A stretch of DNA of 64,000 nt from positions 33,542,001 through 33,606,000 of the forward strand of contig NC_043017.1 of NCBI RefSeq assembly GCF_006345805.1, read 5' to 3'. Below are positions 41,790 through 54,381 of the stretch, one piece after another. The notes beneath the pieces are model-generated. The model did no database searches and was not told where the DNA came from. It saw nothing but the letters and a program-made list of their open reading frames with translations. Position 1 is the stretch's first letter. Every line of letters starts with the position of its first letter. The stretch comes from Octopus sinensis. Lineage: Eukaryota. The translations under genes were made by a program, and so were the position numbers.

Positions 41790-42067
41790 TTATTATTATT
41801 ATTATTATTATTATATTATTATTATTATTATTATTATTAAGGTTGCGAGCTGACAGTATTGTTAGCATGCTGGACGTAATGCTTAGCGGTATTTCGCCCT
41901 TCGCTACGTTCTGAGCTCAAATTCCGCCCAGATCGACTTTACCTTTTATCCTTTCGGGGTCGATGAATTAAGTACCAGTGAAATACTCGGGTCGATATAA
42001 TCGATAATATACCTCCCTTCCAATTTCAGGTCTTGTGCCTTTAGTAGAAACGATTATTATTGTTGTT

Positions 42068-42100
<33 letters not shown>

Positions 42101-42184
42101 GATGATGATGATGATGTTGTCACTGTTCTTGTTACTGCTGTTGCTTTTGTTCTTTTTGATGTTGTTGCTGCTGTTATTGTTGTC

Positions 42185-42217
<33 letters not shown>

Positions 42218-42222
42218 TATGT
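41660..42222. repeat. (ATT)n/(ACT)n tract 41660-41838 and (GTT)/(GAT)/(ATT) tract 42055-42222
   Basis: Directly visible; they flank the SINE at 41839. Confidence 0.95.
41839..42057 (+). mobile_element. Family-A SINE (diverged)
   Basis: taaggttgcgagctgacag...tcctttcggggtcgatgaattaagtaccag. Confidence 0.85.
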
Positions 42223-42602
42223 TTAGAAGGAATTTTCTCAAATCTTAAGAATTTTTCTTGGGATTTTGGGAGGATATAGGACGCTACTCTTCTGCAAGTC
42301 ACCAATTCGACGCTTGTCCGTGGCTAGTAATCTTTCGTTAGAATGTGTTATTTTATTTGTTGGCATACAAATTTTTGTTGGTATTTGAAATTCTGACGAG
42401 GTGGTTTGGCGACGGTTCACACGTTAAAGACAAATTTCGAGATTTAAAAGATAAAATTTAACATTTCAAAACAAAACAAAATATGGTTTCTCAAATCGGG
42501 TGAAATTAGGGCCGTTGGAACAACCATTATGATATTCTTTTTCCACCCCTAGTTGACGTGGTCGAGAGATAAATAACAGACAACAACAACAGCAACAACA
42601 GT

Positions 42603-43080
42603 GGAAGCGCAACGGCCCAGTGGTTAGGGGAGCGGACTCCCGGTCGTAAGAACGCTATTTCGATTCCCAGACCGGGAATTGTGAGTTTTTATTGAGCAAA
42701 AACACCTAAGCACCACGACGCTCCGGCGGGGGTGGGATGAACCCCCCGATGTACTCTTTCACCACAACTTTCTCTCACTCTTTCTTCCTACTTCTGCCAC
42801 AAAGCAGAGGAACCATGGTGTAACCCACTATGGTGTGGTAAACTTTCAGACCCTAGTCTAGATTGCGAATCCTCTGTACCCCCAGTATGGTTCAGCTCTC
42901 CACCCGTTAAAAGCCACCGTAGGAAAATAACGTAGCTTTCGCGCCCGTGCAACCGCAAGTCTATCGCGTGTGGTGGGTGGATCTTCGAGTTACCACACGC
43001 ATTCTTAGTAGCTTAGAGTAGGCTCGAATTAGAGATTATTGTTTGTAGCTAATGGCGTGAGTCCTGATTAGAAGAAGACA
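42603..43080 (+). mobile_element. tRNA-derived SINE, family C, with tail type 1
   Basis: Head ggaagcgcaacggcccagtggttaggg...tttcgattcccagaccggg; body shared with 61343 up to ~42790, then a different tail with the stem-loop gcgtgtggt...accacacgc. Confidence 0.85.
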
Positions 43081-43559
43081 ACAACAGAAACAAAAGCAGC
43101 AATGGCGAGCCGTCTATATTTAAAAACGACGCAAGCACCAGGGAACTGGAGCGAACGATCACTGATCGAATCATTGAAAAGCCAAACTAATAGGTTTCTA
43201 TAAGGACTGAATTACATTCTGTAACCGTTTTTATTACTGAGTATTGTTGTATAGAGAAACTGGTGATTATATTCTCTAAACATTTTCTTTATTTGTAAAT
43301 AATATTTTGAAATATAATTATTTCCTATGGGAGAAAGGACTAATTGCATAATTTCATTCATATGAAATCTTTGAAAAATATATGAATCAAAACTGATATA
43401 TATTTATATTTAGGTCTTAAAAAAGTGAGCAAAAACCATTAGAAATCAATGATATACAACTTTGTGATGCAAATTACTGTCACGTGTCAGCAACCTCCTT
43501 GATAATGGCGGTCAAGATTCAGTATTGCCTGCTGGAAGCATGCAGTTTGCATTTATGAT

Positions 43560-44440
43560 TACACTCACATCCCCTTGAATTTATTAAGATGAGCTTTAAA
43601 GATAAGAAATTTCAGGGACAACCAGCAATCTGTTTTCCTGCTGATCTTCAGAATTACAACCAACTTCACATAGTTTCTTACAAGAAAAAAAAAACATCCC
43701 AGCTGTTGTCTTAATCCTGCTGATAATCTTGAAGAATTCTTTGCAGTTGAGTATTCCTTTTGTCAGTGGTCTGACAGAAAGATCCGCTTTGACGAGTGCT
43801 TGAGACGACATAGAGTAGAAGTCCTGAACGATCTTAAACTCTGCTGATCTCATATCAGGTACAGCAAGCAGCTTTTCACAAACCCAATTTCATGGGACCT
43901 ACTGGAGTCCACCTGTGACTGACACATGACGTTGCTCCTCACTACACACTGCTTGGTCTGTGGACCCTGATAATAGAGTGCAGTATCTCTGCTGTCTCAA
44001 TGGCAAAATAGCAGCGAAAATTGTTGAAACTGACTTGGAGTTAAATCATGAGAGGCAGCATTTTAAGGCAGCTTATAACATCTTAGCCTTTACACACAGA
44101 ACCTCATGGCATCTAGCAATATACAGAAGATGTTGAAACTTTCTTTGGTGTGTACTAAATGAGGCGGTGGAAGAGTACGTTACGTATTAAACAACATAGC
44201 TTTAAAATCATTGGTTGAGATTTCAATGAATAGGGTCCAGTGTTTGGGGTTGTAGTGATTCTGCTTCGAACAGGCAGAAAACAAGGAAGAAGCAATCTTG
44301 TAAAGATCCTTGAAAAAAAAAAATTGGGCTCTCCTTTGGATTTGTGGTTTGAACAAATACACCTAATCAGTCTCTCAGGTCAAATCTAGATGTAAAATGT
44401 TTGGCATTGAACTCTGTGAAGCCATGATCTCTGACCGAGT
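43560..44440 (+). pseudogene. Highly decayed hAT-superfamily transposase relic (ZMYM1-like/Tip100 type)
   Basis: Ordered broken motifs LSIPF, LESTCD*H (DSTPD-SH-like), GKIAAKIVET, NMRG, ETFFGV...RRW, LKSLVE (LKxLxxTRW-like). Confidence 0.45.
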
Positions 44441-44504
44441 GATTTGGTAAATTCTTTGAAATGGGATTATGAGTCTCGTTCGGTAAATCAACTTCTGAAA
44501 TTGC

Positions 44505-44830
44505 CATTTTTGCCTTTTGATGAGTAACTCGATTAATTAATTTTCTTTAACTAAAAACTTTGAAACTTCGTATACTGGTCATATATACACCGCCGATAGT
44601 TGTTGACAAACAACGGCATTAATTTTATTCAGCTGCATACACCTCATTGATTGGTTGAAATTACCAAAACACAACTTTAACACGAAATAACTTCGAAAAT
44701 AGAAACTTTTCTCAACTACGTTAAGAGTAAAAGATGTTCTATATGATGCATTCTACCAGTATACGAAGTTTCAAAGTGTTTAGTTAAAGAAAATTAATTA
44801 ATCGAGTTACCCGTGAAAAAGAAAAGATCC
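44505..44830. mobile_element. MITE with ~57-bp inverted arms (44522-44579 and 44754-44811)
   Basis: gtaactcgattaattaattttctttaactaaa..ctttgaaacttcgtatactggt and its reverse complement; shares motifs and the aaaagatcc terminus with the 46501/47262 family. Confidence 0.85.
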
Positions 44831-45643
44831 AAATGAATAATTCCTGGGTTCGATGTAATCAACTTACTCCTCCCACGAACTTGCTGGGCTTGTCAAGATT
44901 TGAAACTATCGACATCAAAACAGAAACACAGCCACCACCACCACCATTATCATCATCATCAATAACATTGGTACAATCACAACCACCGCATTCAGCAGCA
45001 ACATCCATGACACGTGACAATAACACGTGCAAACACTAATAGCTAGACTCGCCAGTCACATTTCCTGAAAATTTCACACTCGTCTCTTTAAAATACGAAG
45101 AACATATTAAGATACTTTTGTACTAGAAACCTATCACTACAAACAATGAAAACGAAGATAATGATTTAAAGTTCGCTTGATTAATGTTAACCTAAAGCTT
45201 ATCAACAATGGCTGTAACCACTAAAACAACTTAACAATAATTAGATGGTTTTTCCATAACACGAAAGCGAAGTAAGGCGAAAATTATACAGCTGTTATTC
45301 TACAGTAATTTAATATTTAACATCATATAATAACATATTTTGCTTGTCAGAATTCGATTAAGCGAATACCAATAAACTGTTATAATCGATCAAATCAATT
45401 AGAAGCTTTTCGTATCGTAATATGTTTTGTAGCTAATTGCCTCTCTCATCTGCAGCTTGTTACCTTGAATTACATCCACCATCTTTTTCCCCAGTCAGGG
45501 GGTCTTTACTTTGTTGCCCGATCCTCTGGAAGTCAAATATCCCTCAAATAACATCTCTACCATAGGTGCACAGCTTCATATTTTCGTGAGAGGGGTCTAG
45601 TCAGTTACATCGACACCTGTGCTTATTGGTACTTATTGTATCA

Positions 45644-45878
45644 TAAGGTTGCGAGCTGGCAGAACCGTTAGCACGCCGGGTGAAATGCGTAGCCGTATTT
45701 CGTCTGCCATTGACGTTCTGAGTTCAAATTCCGCCGAGGTCGACTTTGCCTTTCATCCTTTCGGGGTCGATAAATTAAGTACCAGTTACGCACTGGAGTC
45801 GATATAATCGACTTAATCCGTTTGTCTGTCCCTGTTTGTTCTCTCTGTGTTTAGCCCCTTGTGGGTAGTAAAGAAATA
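45644..45878 (+). mobile_element. Young family-A SINE with a 16-bp TSD, nested in an older antisense family-A copy
   Basis: TSD ggtacttat(t/g)gtatca at 45628-45643 and 45879-45894; host remnants at 45601-45643 and 45895-45965. Confidence 0.92.
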
Positions 45879-46500
45879 GGTACTTATGGTATCAACCCCG
45901 AAAGGATGAAAGGCAAAGTCGACCTCAGCGGGATTTGAACTCAAAACGTCATTGACGGAGGAATGCCGATGATCATTGATGTAGTGGTGACAATGGTAAT
46001 CATGATAAAGATAGTGGGGATGGTGATGACGACGATCCCATTATTCAATAACCCTTTCCTTATTTAGGTCGGTATAATGGGATTGAATAACATCTGGCTG
46101 GTTCACGTTACAGGTTGTGAATCTTTAGGGGTTTGCCCGTTTGAATTTCTGTAATTTCTGTCGGATTCGATGAGAGGTTGTTGTTACTTCAGAAATGCCC
46201 CGCCTTTCTTGTTGGGCCAGAAGATTACTATTGAGATTTTGTAGTAATTATGGGATTTAGCAAAGAAAGGAATGATTTATATGACAGACGCAAACAGCGA
46301 ATGCGTGAAGAGCGAGTGAATATAAATAGTATAAATGGTAGGGTAGGATAATAGGCATCTCGATCGGTGGTCAGTGATTCGTATTTTGTAACTGGAATTG
46401 CGCTTTTGAACTTCATTCTCCAGTTCACTTTTACTAATTTGCAAAATACTTTTGCTAAGATGAGATTTTCTTGTGCTTATAGCGGGAAAAGAAGAAACAT

Positions 46501-46927
46501 GGCACCTTTTCGGTTTGAACGGCAGTTTTTTCTAGCGGTGTCATATGAAATTGTCACCCATAATTATGACCCTAGTATCGATCTATTGCATTTCAATCTA
46601 TTTTAGAGTTAGGGTTAGTTAGGGTTAGGGTTAGGTTAGGGGTGGGGGGAAGGGTATCTTTTTTCTTCACAAATGTAAATAAACCGGTCTGTTTCTTAAA
46701 CGAGGGACATATTCATACGGCACAGAATGATGTTTACCTCAATGGACATCAGTGATTGGTTGAAATTGCAGAAATTGAAGAAGAAAACAACAAATATCTT
46801 ACAAACTATAGAATTTTCTCAATAAAGCCAAGAGAAAAATATAAACACATTCTACCAGTATACGAAGTTTAAAATTTTTTAGTTACCTAGAAATTATCTT
46901 AAAAACTGCCGTTCAAACCGAAACATG
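46501..46927 (+). mobile_element. ~420-bp MITE carrying TTAGGG-like repeats, copy 1
   Basis: TIR ttcggtttgaacggcagtttt...aaaactgccgttcaaaccgaa; ttagggttagttagggttagggttagg at ~46608-46640. Confidence 0.88.
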
Positions 46928-47261
46928 AATTTATTTTTGTTGAGGTACGCAGCGCAATTGTCTCCATTTCGTTGCGCAATCTGTACGATGAATTAGCACC
47001 GCCAATTCTTTACAGTGCGTAACGCACGTGATAGCTGTTGGTATCAAGGAAGACAGTCAAGTTTCACATAATTCTGTGGAGTATGAACATATTATCATCA
47101 GTTGTTATTACGGAGGCGGTAACCAAATTGATGATCTTAGCATAAAAGGGAAGTTGAGCGACGATATAAGCAAGCTATAATCCCTACGGGCAGCAGATTC
47201 TATTTACCTTGCTCGGATCACCAATGCTAGGTGTGGTATACCTGATTTATCATGAAGCAGA

Positions 47262-47688
47262 GGATCTTTTAGGTTTGACCGGCAGTTTTTTAAAATAATG
47301 TTCACGTAACTAAACACTTTAAAACTTCGTATACTGGTAGAATGTGTTTATAAAATATCTTTTTCTCTTGGCTTTATTGGGAAAATTTTATAGTTTATAA
47401 GATATTTGTAAGATACTTTCTTCAATTTCTGCAATTTCAACCAATCAATGACGTCTATTGAGGTGAAAACATTCTGTGCCGTATGAATATGTCCCTTGTT
47501 TAAGAAACAGATTGGGTTATTTTACTTTTGTGAAGAAAAAAATACCCTTCCCTCCACCCCTAAGCCTAAGCCTAACCCTAACCCTGAAACAGATTGAAAT
47601 GCAATACATCGATACTAGGGTCATAATTATGAGTGACAATTTCATATGACACCGCTAGATAAAACTGCCGTTCAAACTGAAAAGATCC
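47262..47688 (-). mobile_element. Same MITE, copy 2, inverted; hAT-like 8-bp TSD
   Basis: Termini ggatctttt...aaaagatcc; flanks gaagcaga / gaatcaga (1 mismatch); body is the reverse complement of copy 1. Confidence 0.88.
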
Positions 47689-48414
47689 GAATCAGATACC
47701 TTTAATGGCATCATTAATGTTGATGGAGACAAGGAATATACGACATATCTCAACGAGGTACATTTAGCAAAACAATACTTTTCTGGACATCAAACTATTT
47801 TGCATTCAATTCTTTCCTATTTCCTATTTTTAAAAGTATTCCAATTATTTTTCAACGCAGTTTCATTCTACACCTTTTATTCAACATCTTCTATATGTCC
47901 TGAAATATACTAATGCTATTGGGACTACTATCTAAACAGTTTCTTTTCTCTTTTTTTCCCTAGTTTTCATTTTATCGAACGATTCTGTTTAGATATAATG
48001 ATGAGATATATGTTTTTAAAGATAATCTTATTAACAGATACGTTTTTACCAATAAAGTTGTCATAACACTTGCAATTAATGAACGTAATTAAATTTTCAC
48101 CTGATTGTCTGTTATTATTTAAATATCAAACGATCGTTAGTTCTCCTGGTTTACTTAAATAAATTATAGTAAATAGTGTTATTAGCCAATAATCTAATGA
48201 TTTCTTAGGTTGATGCAAGGTAAAATAATTTTGAAAGAGAAAAGCATACTAGGCAAATAATTTTATAGATGTGACTGAAGTAATTGTGGATGTTGGCCAC
48301 AACAAGATTTGAACTGAGACTTTGTTACTCAAAGACATTCACTTACAAAGATATACATTTACATTTCACTCAGAATCAGCCTTCATCAAAATATCGTAGC
48401 ACAAAAATATTGTG

Positions 48415-48615
48415 CGGCTGAATCGTTAGCGCACCAGGCAAAATATTTAGTGGTATTTCGCCTGCCTTTACGTTCTGAGTTCAAATTCCACCGAGGTCAA
48501 TTCTGCATTTTTTAGGTCGATAAAATAAGTACCAGTTGAGCACTGGGGGTGGGGGTGTAATCGACTTAGCTTATCCCTAGAAATCTCTGACCTTGTGCTA
48601 AAATTTGAGACCAAT
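48415..48615 (+). mobile_element. Diverged family-A SINE
   Basis: ggctgaatcgttagcgcaccagg...gttctgagttcaaattccaccgaggtc...gtcgataaaataagtaccag. Confidence 0.8.
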
Positions 48616-48753
48616 ATTATATAACAATTACCATAATTACTGAGCGTGACTATCTGATTAAAACGTTCGATCAGCTACAAGGAGTCACATTCAAAACCTA
48701 CATTACTTACTGTTTGCGGAAAATTTGTTGACGGGCAATTGTGCAGAAACCTG

Positions 48754-48797
<44 letters not shown>

Positions 48798-48802
48798 CAG
48801 GT

Positions 48803-49207
48803 TTCTTATTCAAAACATATGTCTATAACTTTATGAACTTTCTGCGATAGGCTATGTGATATGCCCAGCTATATATATATCATCATCATCATCATCACGT
48901 GACCGACCAGTCCATCAGATGTAGTTACACATCGCTGGTCACAATGCGTTCGCATTGCTTTAGCCTTCGAATGACGCCACCCCGCTGGCTAAGCGAGCAG
49001 GCCAACAGAAGAAAGAGTGGGAGAAAGTGTGGTGAAAGAGTACAGCAGGGATCACCAGCCCCCGCCGGAGCCTCGTGGAGCTTTTAGGTGTATATATATA
49101 TATATATATATATATAGCTGGGCATGTTTTAAAATATAGCTGGGCATATCTCATAGCCTATCGCAGAAAGTTCATAAAGTTATAGACATATGTTTTAAAT
49201 AAGAACG
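48803..49207. repeat. ~73-bp inverted repeat pair (48803-48875 and 49135-49207) enclosing a SINE fragment between (TA)n tracts
   Basis: ttcttattcaaaacatatgtctataactttatgaactttctgcgataggctatgtgatatgcccagctata and its reverse complement, about 2 mismatches. Confidence 0.92.
48882..49090 (-). mobile_element. 5'-truncated family-C SINE with tail type 2 and a (GAT)n end
   Basis: Minus strand cacctaaaagctccacgaggctccggcggg...tactctttcaccacactttctc matches the family-C body; tail is distinct. Confidence 0.85.
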
Positions 49208-49393
49208 TTGTGTTTCTAATCGAAATGACAGCATCATGTGCGCGTGTGTGTGTGTATCCGTGTAAATTCCTTGTTGTATTTACTCTCCAAAATAAGTCGA
49301 AATAAACTCAGCCCCTTGACGTTTACTATTCTCTCACATCATTATTAAATATTTGGAGCGATATAATTGATTAAGATAATATATATATATGAT

Positions 49394-49570
49394 GGCGAGC
49401 TGGCAGAATTGCTAGTATGCCGGGCAAAATGCTTAGTGGCATTTCGTCCGTCTTCAAATTCCATTGAGGTCGACGTTTCCTTTCTAGGTCGATAAAACAA
49501 GTACGAGCGTTCCACTGGTAGTTATTTTATCGACTTAAGCCCAACCGAACTCGGAGGCTTTGTGCCACTA
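49394..49570 (+). mobile_element. Diverged family-A SINE
   Basis: ggcgagctggcagaattgctag...gaggtcgacg...ggtcgataaaacaagtac. Confidence 0.75.
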
Positions 49571-50424
49571 TATATGCAGTGGTACAGCTTGTAATTGTTG
49601 TAACCTGTTAAAAATATTACTTTTGCGGAGAAAACGAGTTTCATAACTGTAGATGCTGTAGATGCTTGGTGAAACATTCCATTCACGACATTTTTATCAT
49701 TTAAAAGTCTTTAAGATTCTATTTTTGAGTTTGAAATATTTATTGAAGAGAATCGGTTGTAAATTGAAAGCAAATTACCTGCTAATTCTAATGGGTCAAG
49801 CAAACAGCAGAAAAATCAATTAGCGCGTATAGTAAATATATACATTAGTACATATAATGCGCTTAGAGTTTATAGTAGTAAAATAGATGTACATTAGTAA
49901 CTATTACTCAATTTGTCGATTAAATCACTCAGTGTAATATTTATCACGGTCATCCGTACATAAAACAGAATTCTTTCAAATGAATATGTTTATTTGACTT
50001 TCTAATTGATATGGTGATTCCATGTGAATTCTATTTAGCAATTAGATATTTCACTTTATGGATCAAAGATCCTTATATTTCGCAGGGAGATGTAGTTTAA
50101 GTCTGAATGGTGCAGTTAACACGAACCTACACCAGAAAACAATCAGATAGGATTGTAGTCATGATTTATTCGATGATTCTTGTTTTAGAGCTCTTTCAAA
50201 GAGTTTGCTAAACTTCCACAAAGTAAATCGCACTAATGAGCAACACAAGTTCTGTATATTTGGCGAGGTTTCTTTTGTACAAACTCCCGGGTTTAAATGC
50301 AGACATACATGTAACTTAAACTGTACATACCTGAAATTATCTTCATAAGATTCTACATTGAAACAGAATAAACCAACGACCGACTGACATGCTTCATATT
50401 GGGACAGAGTTCTTTGAATGACAT

Positions 50425-50834
50425 TTTACTCTTTTCTCTTTTACTCTTTTACTTGTTTCAGTCATTTGACTGTGGCCATGCTGGAGCACCGCCTTTAGTC
50501 GAACAACTCGACCCCGGGACTTATTTTTTTGTAAGCCCAGTACTTATTCTATCGGTCTCTTTTTGCCGAACCGCTAAGTGACGGGGACGTAAACACACCA
50601 GCATCGGTTGTCAAGCAATGCTAGGGGGACAAACACAGACACACAAACACACACACATACATATATATATACGACAGGCTTCTTTCAGTTTCCGTCTACC
50701 AAATCCACTCACAAGGCATTGGTTGGCCCGGGGTTATAGCAGAATACACTTGCCCAAGATTCCACGCAGTGGGACTGAACCCGGAACCATGTGGTTGGTT
50801 ATCAAGTTACTTACCACACAGCCACTCCTGCGCC
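50425..50834 (-). mobile_element. Family-B SINE, full length
   Basis: Reverse complement of the 52478 copy. Confidence 0.94.
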
Positions 50835-51639
50835 ATTGTATATTTCTTTTTCTTTTATTAAAAAAGGATATGCTGGAAAATATACTTTCGATGTAAAAAG
50901 TGACGATATCGTCAGTTTAAAATGGCGTTGATCAAAGATATATTCATTACTTTTTTGAAGCTAACCAACAACATGAAGCCAAGGAAATTGAGGTCTTAAC
51001 GTGTGCCACTATAGACCAATTGATTATGAGATTCCGTATCGCTTGTAGGCTGATGTATGTGATTTATTTTTGTCAAAGTCGAAACGTATGAAAAAGGCAA
51101 ACCATTTAACAAAGTATAAATTACCAGACTTTCTATTTGTTGGCTGATGTCTCGATTGTTTGGCCAGAAACAATTCGGTAAATCTGATTAAAACAAAGCA
51201 CAAAACGATTGCAACATTAGCCGTCTTTCACGCAAACATTACTTTTGAACACCACACCTTTCTTGTATTTCATTTAACAGAAATAGCACCTTCTTTTGAC
51301 TTGAAATAATCTAATTTTTGATGGTAAACAGCTGAAATTGATTGAAGTAATACACAGATACACACACGCGTATGTGTGAGTCTCTGTGTCAGTGTGTGCA
51401 CGCGTGTGTGTATGCACATGTGTGTGTGTGTGTATTCATACTAGAAAGGCGTGATTCAAAAATGCAATAATAATTCATTTGGGACTTGAAATCACAAAAT
51501 TATGGTACCCAATTATTCAAAGGAAAATGAAAATGTTTTTTCCATTCTCTTTCACATTTATATGGAATGAATTCTTCTTTAAGTCTTTACAAACGATGCT
51601 TCTGGAGTTAATTCAGCTATTAATAATCTTTTCTACTGA

Positions 51640-51815
51640 AGGCACAAGGCCTGGAATTTGTGGGAAGGGGACTTGTCGATTACACTGACCCGAGTGTTTC
51701 TCTGGTATTTAATTTATCGACGTCGAAAGAATGAAAGGCAAAGTCAACCTCGGTGGAATTTGAACTCAGAACGTAACGACAGACGAAATACAGCTACGCA
51801 TCTCGCCCGGCGTGT
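51640..51815 (-). mobile_element. Family-A SINE, diverged
   Basis: gaatgaaaggcaaagtcaacctcggtggaatttgaactcagaacgt. Confidence 0.85.
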
Positions 51816-52477
51816 TAGTTCTGATGGAATAAACAAGCTGATATTTGGCCCCTTAGAATGCGAAATATTAATTACTCCGAATTGGTAAATGACCAGAAGG
51901 TCGAAATTATGAACTTGAAGTTGCTTCATCCCCAGAGAAGATGTATTTGAAACACGAAATAGAAGACCAAATGCAGCGTACCCACTGAAATCCGATGTCC
52001 TTGAATAATCTATGTCCTTCGGGACTTGAAGATTGAGATTAAATAAGAATTATGCTAAAACTTCTAAACATAGGGACTGTATATGTTGTGGCATTTATAG
52101 TGATTGGCTTACGGTGAACAGTATTTTTCCCATTGCTAATCCCTTAGATGTAGTAATTAATCTTGGTCGAGTGAACACCAAATACTGCACAACATTTAAA
52201 TAGAATGTTTACATATATTCGCAGTTATCTACAAATTGTTCAATTCATTTGATCGAACTTGCAGGTTTGTATTCTACAGGAACAAATATATGGAGCAGTG
52301 TAGTGCATTTAAAAAGTGAAATCGATGCGAATCAAAAGATTGGTTTGTTCCGGAGCTCACAAAATAAAACCATATTCTGTTAATATTTCCATAATGCTCC
52401 TTCCTATTGATTATGTTCGATGAATACCGGTCATATATTTAAAATATAGGAGTGATGTAAAATATTAATTCCACAAT

Positions 52478-52893
52478 AGGCGCAGGAGTGGCTGTGTGTT
52501 AAGTAGCTTGTTTACCAACCACACGGTTCCGGGTTCAGTCCCACTGCGTGGCACCTTGGGCAAGTGCCTTCTACTATAGCCTCGGGCCGACCAAAGCCTT
52601 GTGAGTGGATTTGGTAGACGGAAACTGAAAGAAGCCCGTCGTATATATGTATATATATTTACGTGTGTGTGTGTGTTTGTGTGTCTGTGTTTGTCCCCCG
52701 AGAATTGCTTGACAACCGATGCTGGTGTGTTTACGTCCCCGTCACATAGCGGTTCGGCAAAAGAGACCGATAGAATAAGTACTGGGCTTACAAAAGAATA
52801 AGTCCCGGGGTCGATTTGCTCGATTAAAGGCGGTGCTCCAGCATGGCCGCTGTCAAATGACTGAAACAATTAAAAGAGTGAAGAGTAAAGAGA
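52478..52893 (+). mobile_element. Family-B SINE, full length
   Basis: aggcgcaggagtggctgtgtg...gggttcagtcccactgcg...gactgaaacaattaaaagagt. Confidence 0.94.
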
Positions 52894-54229
52894 ATGTCTT
52901 AGATGGTTACATCGGTGAACTGCACCTCCTCATGATACTTATTTTCACTTACATATGTATTAGCTGCAGAAATAACGATTCTCCAATTCGGAAAAAAATT
53001 ATCAATTTATTCCCAGAAGGAAAATTTTGCATCAAAAGCAAACTGAAGTTGTATAAGAAGCAATATGTTTACGTCGAGACCGAGAACAATAATGAATCTT
53101 TAATTTTAGAAATTACTGACTTTGTGTCTAGTCTTATCTTTTCATTACAATGTGCTTTACTTTACCAGTAATGGGTTCAATGGGCGGAATATCTGATCAA
53201 ACTGTCATAAGATATTAAAACAGTTCATCCAGTGTTTCTTTGGCGTTGAGAAGTCAAAACAGACCTACACTTGCCTAAGATTTAGTCTACAACAGATCAA
53301 TCTTCTTATTGGTCATAAACTCAAATTAAGTACAAAAGTTTTAGGAATCACTCGTTACTTTTATCCTGTGTGCTGTCACTGGTGATATCACTGGGATTAT
53401 AACACATTACATAATATAGATTAGAATTTAAAGACTTCGTCGTGCCTAACTGGTTTACAATTCAAGTGAAAGCAGACAACAGATGACCGAGTAATTAGTT
53501 ATTTCATATATTATCGATTATAGCAAGAATAGCCATAATTTCTATGAAAATAAACAAACACATCAGAGTGTTATTGAGTGTATTTTGAGTAAAGTGGTTA
53601 TTAAGTAAGGATATATTTTCCATTTCAAAAAAGATTTCCAAGCACCTTTCCCAGTGTTAGAATATTGTCGACAAAAGAGATGCAAGACAGAAAATTTCAA
53701 TGACGTTTGGTTCTGAGATGGAAATATCTGAAGCTTTATTGTTGTACATCATATGACTATGATTACTTCATAAACCAATGTTATCAGTATTTCTACTTCA
53801 GTGAAATATAAATTCAGACATCACACAGAAAGACATTTCTGTAAAATAAATTTATTTTAAACAAAACAAATAAAATTTGTTAAGAAAGTATATTAAAGGG
53901 CGACTATATTTCGAATGATTTAAAAGCTAACAAGTGGCTTTTAAAAGACAAGTGCTTGCTTTAATTGGCGATAACAAAATAAAACTTCTTGCGATATAAT
54001 TAGCAATACATCGCAAAATCTTTATATGAAACCTTTCTTCTCTAGGTTATTTCTCTTCTAAATATTTTTGAAGTAGAATCTTTAACTCTTTTTAACTTTT
54101 AACAATCATTTACTTCCCCGCCATAATGATATACACACCCTCAGAAAGTCGGTTTCTCATCTATATATATATATATATATATATAAGTAGGTGAATGAAT
54201 TATCCTATTTATTCATATATATATACATA

Positions 54230-54273
<44 letters not shown>

Positions 54274-54345
54274 CATACATACATACATACATACATACGT
54301 ACATACATACATATATATATATATACATACATACATGCATATACA

Positions 54346-54381
<36 letters not shown>

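Noticed and set aside
46249-46350. Basic peptide RRKQRMREERVNINSIN as a bHLH basic region
   Set aside because: Does not fit the ERxR consensus, stops after 33 codons and has no helix-loop-helix
47050-47105. Minus-strand CTGATGA...GAAAC...GTC hammerhead candidate
   Set aside because: Stem II is out of register and stem I is only 2 bp
46604-47586. True telomere or chromosome-fusion site
   Set aside because: The TTAGGG-like runs are short, degenerate and internal to a MITE
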